Source of the DNA: Octopus sinensis
Taxonomy: Eukaryota
Reading direction: 5' to 3'
Length of the DNA stretch: 11,927 nucleotides
Assembly: GCF_006345805.1 (NCBI RefSeq)
Contig: NW_021826772.1
Coordinates: 1-11,927, forward strand
Shown here: positions 1 through 7,982 of the stretch, piece by piece
Layout of the letters: every line of letters begins with the position of its first letter
How positions within the stretch are numbered: position 1 is the stretch's first letter
The notes under the pieces: generated by a model
What the model was told of the DNA's origin: nothing
Database searches by the model: none
Seen by the model: the letters and a program-made list of their open reading frames with translations, nothing else
Position numbers and translations under genes: made by a program

Positions 1-230
1 TAACTTTTATCCTACTATCTCTCATTGGGTTTCAGTGCAGGAGGTACTTTAATCAAGACAGACATCTCTATTGTTTTTCCCCATGGCCGTTATGCTCATA
101 GTACTGCTCAAAACTGTATGTTGGGATACCATTGAGTGGGACACCTAACGACAAAATATATACATAGTTAAATGACTTACAGTTATATTCAAGCCAGGCT
201 ATTGTTCACTATATTTTGTAAGTCCCTGTG

Positions 231-623
231 TGCATATATATGTAGCTGAAGTTGTCTGTGTATAGCAGGTTTGCTAGCCTTCAGCTAACACTATCTCCTC
301 CGAGACCCTGCGGCGCAAGTTGACCAAAATTGAGAGTCTGATAGAAGGAGGCTTGCTCTTCATTCCGTAGAAGAAAAAATTCAAATCGAACCATGTGAAC
401 ACCAAAAAATATTCAAATCAAATAGATGCTTTTTTTTCTATGAAAATCCCTTTTTTTTTTACGATTTTTTGACTGCTGTGTCGCCATTTTTCGGTATATT
501 TCAACCAGAAAAATGTTCACTTAAAGAGAATAACAAGCTACATAATGCAAAAGTTTTACTTTTCAAAAATTCCAATTCTAAAGGGTCGAAACAAACCCGA
601 GCAACGCCGGGCTATACTGCTAG
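231..623 (+). mobile_element. Non-autonomous Helitron-like element (5' end degenerate)
   Basis: 3' end ACAAACCCGAGCAACGCCGGG-N8-CTAG|T (hairpin 596-611, CTAG 620-623) is nearly identical to the end of 5960-6257. The 5' part TGCATATATATGTAGCTGAAGTTGT aligns with TCTTTATATATAAAACTGAAGTTGT of that copy, but the terminal TC is not retained. Confidence 0.7.
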
Positions 624-783
624 TATATATATATATATAAAGTAAATGTAGAGATAATCAAATTAGACAGATCAATTTACAGAACATATTACAATCATGA
701 TGTGATTATATGTATATACATGATGTATATGCATATGTGATTAAATACAAAAGATGTGATTATGTGTATACATATTAAAAAGG

Positions 784-1197
784 GGCGGCGAGCTGGCAGA
801 AACGTTAGCACGTCGGGCGAAATGCTTAGCAGTATTTCGTCTGCCGCTTCGTTCTGAGTTCAAATTCCGCTGAAGTCGACTTTGCCTTTCATCCTTTCGG
901 GGTCGATTAAATAAGTACCAGTTACACACTGGGGTCGATGTAATCGACTTAATCCGTTTGTCTGTCCTAGTTTGTCCCCTCTGTGTTTAGCCCCTTGTGG
1001 GTAGTAAAGAAATAGGTATTTCGTCTGTCGTTATGTTCTGAGTTCAAATTCCGCCGAGGTCGACTTCGCCTTTCATCCTTTCGGGGTCGATTACATAAGT
1101 ACCAGTTTCGCACTGGGGTCGAAGTAATCAGCTTAACCCTTTGTCTGTCCTTGTTTGTCCTTTCTATGTTTAGCCCCTTGTGGGTAGTAAAGAAATA
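784..1197 (+). mobile_element. tRNA-derived SINE family A, head plus two tandem 184-bp body units
   Basis: Head GGCGGCGAGCTGGCAGAAACG (A-box-like) and B-box-like GAGTTCAAATTC. Units start at 832 and 1016. Exact 17-bp TSD TATACATATTAAAAAGG at 767-783 and 1198-1214. Confidence 0.9.
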
Positions 1198-1419
1198 TAT
1201 ACATATTAAAAAGGTCCGACTTACACAGAATACAAATGAAATAGAGGTAGGTGTGGCTATGTGGCAAAGAGTTTGTTTCCCATCCACATAGTTCCTGGTT
1301 CAGTCTTACTGCGTTCCATCTTGAATAGATATCTTCCACTATAGCCTCCGGGCCGACCAAACTATGTAAGTGGATTTTATAGCTTGAAAACTGGAAGAAG
1401 CCCGTCAGGTGGTCCAGAC

Positions 1420-1437
1420 TGACAGATAGACAGACAA

Positions 1438-1510
<73 letters not shown>

Positions 1511-1590
1511 TATATCTATAATATATATATAATATATTATATATATATAGTTATATATATATATATATAATATATATATATATATATTTA
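1420..1590. repeat. (GACA)n then (TA)n microsatellite
   Basis: Directly visible simple repeats. Confidence 0.95.
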
Positions 1591-1604
1591 ATAGTACATA
1601 TAGT

Positions 1605-1863
1605 GGAGGCGCGTGGCTTAGTGTTAGGGTGCCAGCATCGTGATCGTAAGATTGTGGTTTCGATTCCTGGATCGGGCAACGCGTTGTTTTTCTTGAGCAA
1701 AACACTTCATTTCACGTTGCTCCAGTCCACTCAGCTCGCAAAAATGAGTAACGCTGCAATGGACTGGCGTCCCGTCCAGCTGGGGAACACAAACGCCTTT
1801 GAAACCGGTAAACCGGGACCATGAGTCTGGCTAGGCTTTAAAAGGGCGCATTTATTATTTTAT
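1605..1863 (+). mobile_element. tRNA-derived SINE, head C plus tail X, nested in the SINE-B microsatellite
   Basis: A-box-like TGGCTTAGTG and B-box-like GTTTCGATTCC. CORE-like centre CTTGAGCAAAACACTT...CCAGTCCACTCAGC. Tail from 1745 shared with 4534 and 9866 copies. Partial TSD ATAGTACAT at 1591-1599 and 1864-1872. Confidence 0.85.
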
Positions 1864-1871
1864 ATAGTACA

Positions 1872-1957
1872 TGTGTGTATGTGTGTGTGTGTCTGTCTGT
1901 GTGCGTGCGTTGCGTGCGTGTGCGTTGCGTGCGTGTGCGTTGCGTGCGTGTGCGTGC
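1872..1957. repeat. (GT)n / (GCGT)n compound microsatellite
   Basis: Directly visible, including a repeated 15-mer GCGTGTGCGTTGCGT. Confidence 0.9.
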
Positions 1958-2719
1958 ATTTATGCAACCTCCAGACCGCTTGAAAACCGGTGTTGGTTTC
2001 TTTACGTCCCCTTTACATAGAGACCGATAGCATAGGTACCAGACTTTAAATAAGTACTGGTGCTAATTCGTTCGACTGATAGCAGTTCGGCAAAATTGAG
2101 CTACTGAATAAATAACTGACTTTAAAAGTGCAATTATAGATTTGCTCAATTAAATTCTTCAAGGCGTTGCCCCGGCCTGACCGCAGTCCTATGAGGGAAA
2201 CAAGAGAAAGTATAACAGAATGTGTGTGCGTATATTTCTGTGGGTCTGTGCGTGTGTGTCTGTGTCCGTGCGCGCGCGCCTATGGGTGTTTGTCGCGCGC
2301 ACACGTGTCTCATATCGATCGATTGCGCAGTCGGGAGAAACACCTAACCATGCTACTGATTATTGTCTATCAGTCAACCATGTCGACATAAACTAAGAAG
2401 CCAACCAGCCATAGAATACACCATCCATCCATACAGTTAACTATCCAACCATCCAAGCAACCATCCAGGTATATTTGCTCAGGTATCACCGTGTAAATCA
2501 ATAATATCGTGAATGTACCAATAGATTTTCTTTTTTAATCTGCGGTCTCGCTTTAATTTTCCCCATTTTTCTCACATTTGTAATCTCACAACTTGCTGAC
2601 AAAATGTCATCGACGGCGCTTCTACGTGGTCGCTCGATCAGCTAAAAATAACACTCAAATGTCTAAAACTCTACACTGTTCTTTAATCGCTTGGATACCA
2701 ACCCGCATGAGAATGCCTC

Positions 2720-3028
2720 TGGGAAAGAGCTGTTCTTCACTCCTGCTCCAGAGCGTCGGCTGCGTGGTCATTCCGAAAAGCTCTATCTGCGACGATTTCA
2801 TCTCAATCGAAGGAGAGGAGCTTTCTCCGTCCGGGTTGCGGATCCGTGGAATAAGCTGCCTGACGAGATGGTCATGATGCCGACGACCGCTCGGTTCAAA
2901 GTCTCCCTTGACCTCAAGTGGCCTGAACTCTTTACATGAACACCACCCTGAACATAACTCCATGTCCCCCTACATGGCCTTGCTTTTAGTTTTTTGAGCC
3001 AAAAAATTAACTAACTAGCTAACTAACT
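2720..3028 (+). mobile_element. 5'-truncated CR1-clade LINE 3' end (ORF2 C-terminus, 3' UTR, (TAAC)n tail)
   Basis: The 2691-2939 frame reads LRGHSEKL...RRGAFSVRVADPWNKLPDEMV...FKVSLD, the conserved post-RT C-terminal motif of CR1-type ORF2. Stop at 2937-2939, UTR hairpin CCATGT-CCCCCT-ACATGG (2961-2978), tail TAACTAACTAGCTAACTAACT (3008-3028). 5' breakpoint approximate. Confidence 0.85.
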
Positions 3029-3073
3029 ATAATAAAAGCTTCATTAAAAGGGTCTAAATTTAAAACCTTCCAA

Positions 3074-4206
3074 AGGCGTAAATGTGGTTGTGTGGTAACG
3101 ACTTTAATTCTCGACCACATGGTTCCTGGTTCGGTCCGGGTGTCTTCTACTATATCCTCGTGCCGACTAAAACTTTGTCAGTGGATTTGGTAGAAACTGA
3201 AAGGCGACGATCTGGCAGAAACGTTAGCACGCCGGGCGAAATGCGTAGCCGTATTTCGTCTGCCGTTGCGTTCTGAGCTCAAATTCCGCCGAGGTCAACT
3301 TTGCCTTTCATCCTTTCGGGGTCGATAAATTAAGTACCAGTTACGCACTGGGGTCGATGTAATCGACTTAATACCTTTGTCTGTCCTTGTTTGTCCCCTC
3401 TATGTTTAGCCCCTTGTGGGCAGTAAAGAAATATGTATTTCGTCTGCCGTTGCGTTCTGAGTTCAAATTCCGCCGAGGTCAACTTTGCTTTTCATCCTTT
3501 CGGGGTCGATAAATTAAGTACCAGTTACGCACCGGGGTCGATGTAATCGACTTAATCCCTTTGTCTGTCCTTGTTTGTCCCCTCTATGTTTAGCCCCTTG
3601 TGGGCAGTAAAGAAATATATATTTCGTCTGCCGTTGCGTTCTGAGCTCAAATTCCGCCGAGGTCAACTTAGCCTTTCATCCTTTCGGGGTCGATAAATTA
3701 AGTACCAGTTACGCACTGGGGTCGATGTAATCGACTTAATACCTATGTCTGTTCTTGTTTGTCCCCTCTATGTTTAGCCCCTTGTGGGCAGTAAAGAAAT
3801 ATATATTTCGTCTGCCGTTGCGTTCTGAGCTCAAATTCCGCCGAGGTCAACTTAGCCTTTCATCCTTTTGGGGTCGATAAATTAAGTACCAGTTACGCCC
3901 TGGGGTTGATATAATCGACTTAATCCCTTTGTCTGTCCTTGTTTGTCCCCTCTGTGTTTAGCCCCCTTGTGGGTAGTAAAGAAATAGAAATAGGAATTTC
4001 GCTTGCTGCTACGTTCTGAGTTCAAATTCCGCCGAGGTCAACTTTGCCTTTCCTCCTTTCGATAAGAAACTGAAAGAAACCTTTCGTATAAATTCGTTTC
4101 ACCAATGCTTGATTGCCGGTGTTGGTGTGTTTATGTCCCCGTAACTTAGTCCTGGCGTCGATTGGTTCGACTAAAATTCTTCAGGTTAGTGCTCCAGTAT
4201 GGCCGT
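3074..4206 (+). mobile_element. Degenerate SINE family B host, interrupted by the SINE-A array (pieces ~3074-3202 and ~4065-4206)
   Basis: GGCGTAAATGTGGTTGTGTGGTAA...GTGGATTTGGTAGAAACTGAAAG resumes after the array as AGAAACTGAAAGAAACCTTTCGTATA...CCGGTGTTGGTGTGTTTATGTCCCCGTAACTTAG...GCTCCAGTATGGCCG. Confidence 0.75.
3203..4064 (+). mobile_element. SINE family A, head plus four 184-bp tandem units and one partial unit
   Basis: Units start at 3251, 3435, 3619, 3803 and ~3994 (partial, ~70 bp). Flanking direct repeat AGAAACTGAAA(G) at 3192-3203 and 4065-4076. Confidence 0.9.
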
Positions 4207-4533
4207 TATCTTAAAAATAATCAAAATGAAGGTATGTTATTTGAAGTAACAAAAGTGTTTTAAAAACTAGGGATGTTTGGGAGGGTCACGGTTAGACTGT
4301 CTTTAACCATAGGTTTAACATTGACTGCACTGCTCTCCTACCACTACTACTTCACATTCATAGCCAATTTCACTACTACCACCACCACTAGCATATAGGA
4401 GCAGCTGAGGGGTGCGTAACATGCTAGAAATAATAGCTAAATTTCTCTGTTTTCGTTAAAGTAGGTGCATATCAAGTAAATGTATTCCGTGGTAAACAGT
4501 CTGAATAAAAACGTAACGGTAACAGTTAAATAA

Positions 4534-4845
4534 TGGAGGTACAATAGCCCAGTGGTTAGGGCAGCGGACTCGTGGTCGGAGGATCACGGTTTCGATTCCC
4601 GGACCGGGGGTTTTGTGTGTTTAGTGAGCGAAAACACCTAAAGCTCCACGAGTCTTCGGCAAGGGTTGGTGGCGACCCCTGTTGTACTCTTTCGCCCCAA
4701 CTTTCTCTCACTCTTTCTTCCTTTTTCTTGAGTAACGCTGCGATGGACTGGAGTCCCGTCCAGCTGGAGGGAACACATAAACCATAGAAACCGGGGAACT
4801 GTGCCCATGAGCCTGGCTAGGCTTTAAAAGGGTGAAAAAAGAAAA
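4534..4845 (+). mobile_element. tRNA-derived SINE, head D plus tail X
   Basis: Head TGGAGGTACAATAGCCCAGTGGTTAGGGCAGCGGACTCG with B-box-like GTTTCGATTCC. Tail TGAGTAACGCTGCGATGGACTGG from 4729. Collinear with the 9866 copy; no clear TSD. Confidence 0.85.
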
Positions 4846-5229
4846 CAGAGGACTGCTCAATCAAGTCTGTCGCTTATCGCACAGACTTCTTTATCTTTAA
4901 CATTAACTTCTGAGATTTATTTGTAATTCAACAGTTAAGTAGATCGATTCCTTCAACCTCGGCGGACTTTGTAAATATATATGATATATCACTGCAATAT
5001 CCTGTGGCCCCCTGTGGCCAATAAAGAAATAAATGTAATATCCTGTAACCAACTGCGTTGTTGGAACACTAGTGAGGGTTTGAAGGTTTGCCCTCACAGG
5101 TAATACGATGAAATGTTTTCACATAGCCCCTCTCCAGCACCCTGAAAGGATTTCACATTTATACTGCTAACAGGTTTAGATCTCTGAAGCTTACAGGCAG
5201 CGAACTTTATGAAAGCCTACACCCTGTTT

Positions 5230-5620
5230 GTGGAGGTGCAATGGCCCAGTGGTTAGGGCAGCGGACTCGCGGTCATAGGATCGCGGTTTCGATTCCCAAA
5301 CCGGGCGTTGTGAGTGTTTATTGAGCGAAAACACCTAAAAGCTCCACGACGCTCCGGCAGGGGATGGTGGTGATCCCTGCTGTACTCTTTCACCACAACT
5401 TTCTCTCACTCTTACTTCCTGTTTCTGTTGTACCTGTATTTCAAGGGGCCGGCCTTGTCACTCTCTGTGTCACGCTGAATATCCCCGAAAACTACGTTAA
5501 GGGTGCACGTGTCTGTGGAGTGCTCAGCCACTTACACGTTAATTTCACGAGCAGGCTGTTCCGTTGATTCGGATCAACCGGAACCCTCATCGTCGTAACC
5601 GACGGAGTGCTTCGAATCCA
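5230..5620 (+). mobile_element. tRNA-derived SINE, head D plus tail Y
   Basis: Same head as the 4534 and 9866 copies. Tail from ~5427 matches the 8283 copy. Exact 11-bp TSD ACACCCTGTTT at 5219-5229 and 5621-5631. Confidence 0.9.
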
Positions 5621-5959
5621 ACACCCTGTTTACAGCTAGGAGGACTGAGCTAACAAAAAATTAAGTTGTTTCGCCAAGAACACAACGTAATGCTTGATAA
5701 CAAAATGAAAGATCGATATTTTTTTAATGTTAGATCAAGATCCAGTAGTTAGGTCAACTGAAACTCAATACGTATTACATAATTTCGTAATTGGAATTGA
5801 TGGATAAGCAGAGTTAAGTATCTTACCGATCGAAAGGCTAAACTGTCTGCATGATACGAACTTCTGGCCCCAGCTATTGATTAACTAATTTGCGATGGCA
5901 TAAGTTCTCCTCTTTCTACTCAGACTTGTCTCTTACTTCACTTCTGTTTGACTCCCTCA

Positions 5960-6257
5960 TCTTTATATATAAAACTGAAGTTGTGTGTCTGTCTACTCCG
6001 ATTTAGATTCCTAACTACTCCCACATTTTGTGGTGCAGTTTAACCAAAAGCGGGTATCTTATAGTCGTGATTCATATCGAGCCCTTTGGGTATTAGCGCG
6101 CGTCTACGATGAGTCTACGATTTAAAAAAAACCATCATTTCATTTTCCGCATTTTTAATGCATTTTTGCTTGGTTTATATAAGGGAAGTAACTCTCTAAA
6201 AATGCTTATATAGTTATTTCCCTTACAAACCCGAGCAACGCCGGGAGATACTGCTAG
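5960..6257 (+). mobile_element. Non-autonomous Helitron, complete termini
   Basis: A|TC...CTAG|T insertion with no TSD. Subterminal GC-rich hairpin CCCGAGCAACGCCGGG (6230-6245) lies 8 nt before CTAG (6254-6257). Confidence 0.85.
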
Positions 6258-6537
6258 TTTAAAATATATTTCTTTTCATGTACAAGCATGGAACTCGAGA
6301 TTCATACACGAGTTAAAAACGTAATGCTTCAGACTTTTCTATATACTTTAGTAATGGAAGTTAAAACGAAAACATATTCATTGTGCTATTAGAGCACTGA
6401 AAATAGGACTGAGTGTTGGGTCACGCTCACAGCGCTACTGTCACCGACCTGCTTCTATCACCACTCCTCCACTTTCCAAATTCTCTTCTATCCAGACTCA
6501 TTTTTATCATTTTTATCATTATTCAATGTCCCCCAGA

Positions 6538-6605
6538 CACAGTACGTAGCACTTGGCAAGTGTTTTGCTATCTATAACCCCGAGCCGAACAAAGCCTTGT
6601 GAGTG
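6538..6605 (+). mobile_element. SINE family B internal fragment
   Basis: CTTGGCAAGTGT...CCCGAGCCGAACAAAGCCTTGTGAGTG matches the other B copies. Confidence 0.6.

Positions 6606-6659
<54 letters not shown>
6606..6659. repeat. (TA)n microsatellite
   Basis: Directly visible. Confidence 0.95.
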
Positions 6660-6660
<1 letters not shown>

Positions 6661-6811
6661 CTGTTTAAGTAGTTGAATGAATTATCCTAGTATGGATAAT
6701 TCGGTTAACCGATACCCGGGTAGCAAATTTACGTCAGAAAGCACGGTTGAAGCTACATGCCAAGGGCAGAAATCACGTGCTTTCGTGTGGAAATTTGTGT
6801 GTTTTTTTACT

Positions 6812-7033
6812 ATAGATAAATGAAAGAATGGAGTCGAACGACGATTGGGCAGTCATCTAAAGGTTTTTGTTCGTCATGATGCTGACATAAGTTCCTTGTC
6901 TTTCCTGATGAGAAAACGGCATAATGCACCCTTTATTTCTTCGGAATTAAGAATATGCAGTCTTCGAAACATGTGTCGAGAATAAAGGAATTTTGTTAAA
7001 TCGTCGTTTGACTCCATTCTTTCATTTATCTAT
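6812..7033. repeat. 35-bp inverted repeat (arms 6812-6846 and 6999-7033)
   Basis: ATAGATAAATGAAAGAATGGAGTCGAACGACGATT versus AATCGTCGTTTGACTCCATTCTTTCATTTATCTAT: 34 of 35 Watson-Crick pairs, and the exception is a G-U pair on the + strand RNA. Confidence 0.95.
6892..6990 (+). ncRNA. Type I hammerhead ribozyme (short, self-complementary stem III)
   Basis: CTGATGA 6905-6911; stem II GAAAACGGCATA/TATGCAGTCTTC (10 of 12 pairs); GAAA 6966-6969; stem III AC-ATGT-GT; GUC triplet 6975-6977; stem I TTCCTT..TTTC / GAGA..AAGGAA with an internal loop. Confidence 0.85.
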
Positions 7034-7063
7034 CTATATATATATATATATATACACACACAG

Positions 7064-7214
7064 CGGGCTTTCTGTCTACCAAGTCCACTCACAAGGCTTT
7101 GGTCGGCCCGAGGTTATAGCAAAAGACACTTGCCCAAGGTCCTACGTAGTGGCACTGAACCCGGAACCATGTGGTTGGTAAGCAAGCTTCTTACCACACA
7201 GCTACTCCTGCGCC
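7064..7214 (-). mobile_element. SINE family B, 5' half, minus strand
   Basis: Reverse complement reads GGCGCAGGAGTAGCTGTGTGGTAAGAAGCTTGC...GGTTCAGTGCCACTACG...CCTTGGGCAAGTGTC...GGGCCGACCAAAGCCTTGTGAGTGGA. Confidence 0.85.
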
Positions 7215-7501
7215 GAGGAAAAATATAAATATATACGGGAAAATGTGAATATGTTTGGATTTCAAATATACTTATACAGTCTCTCATATACATATGCACT
7301 CATACTCGCGTACGCTCACTCACTCTCTCTCTTTCACTCGATATTATTGTCAGTTTGAGGCAAGTTTAAAACTAACAACGGAGCGTTTAGTGCAAGGTGT
7401 GACGCCATGTTGAAAGTGGAGTTAAATTTATTTATTTAAAAGTTGACTGAGTCGCTTATCGATTCCTCACTGCAATTTGATTTACACGCACGCTTATAGG
7501 A

Positions 7502-7572
7502 TGTGATGCGTGTGTTTGTGTGTGTGTGTGTGTTTGTGCGTGTGTGTGTGTGTGTGAAAGAGAGAGAGAGTG
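7502..7572. repeat. (GT)n(GA)n microsatellite
   Basis: Directly visible. Confidence 0.9.
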
Positions 7573-7609
7573 TACAGACATTTATACATTACACACAGAC
7601 AGGATTTTG

Positions 7610-7682
<73 letters not shown>

Positions 7683-7698
7683 CAGCAGTAGCAGCAGC
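7610..7698. repeat. (TAG)n/(CAG)n microsatellite
   Basis: Directly visible; source of the poly-V/S/Y/L ORFs. Confidence 0.95.
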
Positions 7699-7734
7699 CG
7701 TTCAAGAATTTGGACCTGGAGATCTCCATTTCCA

Positions 7735-7788
7735 GCGACTTCGAGGGCCACCTCCTAGTGGTGTCGGGCGTCAACGAAGAGCCCTCGA
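7735..7788 (+). ncRNA. Possible degenerate HDV-like ribozyme fold
   Basis: P2 TCGAGGGC/GCCCTCGA, P3 ACC/GGT, L3 TCCTAGT, GG for P1.1 and J4/2-like CGAA occur in the right order. P1 is only 4 bp (CGAC/GTCG). Confidence 0.3.
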
Positions 7789-7889
7789 CTACAACAAGAC
7801 GACCAAAGTTTTTTTTCTTCCAAGGTCTGGGGTCTCCCGCCCCAAAGCCCTAGACCATCACCTAATCACCCTTACCCGTCTTGTTGCTT

Positions 7890-7900
7890 AACAACAACAA

Positions 7901-7982
<82 letters not shown>
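7890..7982. repeat. (AAC)n(CAG)n(TAG)n compound microsatellite
   Basis: Directly visible. Confidence 0.95.

Larger units (their letters stand above)
1244..2213 (+). mobile_element. tRNA-derived SINE family B, split by internal microsatellites and a nested SINE (5' half ~1244-1406, 3' half ~1970-2213)
   Basis: 5' half (GTGGCTATGTGGCAAAGAG...GGTTCAGTC...GAAGCCCGTC) and 3' half (ACCGCTTGAAAACCGGTGTTGG...CCGCAGTC...GAAACAAG) match the contiguous copy at 9415-9762. Confidence 0.75.
6660..7033 (+). mobile_element. Hammerhead-bearing non-coding element between (TA)n tracts (putative Penelope-like pLTR remnant or retrozyme)
   Basis: No ORF, multiple hairpins, a hammerhead core and a 35-bp inverted repeat. 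Bounded on both sides by (TA)n. Family assignment is inferred from the known association of short-stem-III type I hammerheads with Penelope-like elements. Confidence 0.6.

Noticed and set aside
1133-1705. 190-aa minus-strand ORF and other poly-IY ORFs (8976-9500)
   Set aside because: Translations of (TA)n plus SINE sequence; no protein signal.
1872-1957. Z-DNA-prone alternating purine-pyrimidine tract
   Set aside because: Ordinary microsatellite; nothing indicates function.
2655-2963. Minus-strand 102-aa ORF and plus-strand 2593-2877 ORF
   Set aside because: Shadow frames over the LINE fragment; only the 2691-2939 frame has a recognisable motif.
3251-4064. CRISPR array or hammerhead retrozyme interpretation of the 184-bp repeats
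   Set aside because: No unique spacers and the context is eukaryotic. I found no CUGANGA core on either strand of the unit.
5230-5305. Genuine tRNA genes at SINE heads (also 1605, 4534, 8283, 9866)
   Set aside because: A/B boxes are present but the heads run into shared SINE bodies bounded by TSDs, without a clean cloverleaf.
6725-6740. Second hammerhead on the minus strand (CUGACGU)
   Set aside because: The core has a mismatch and I found no properly placed stem II-GAAA-stem III.
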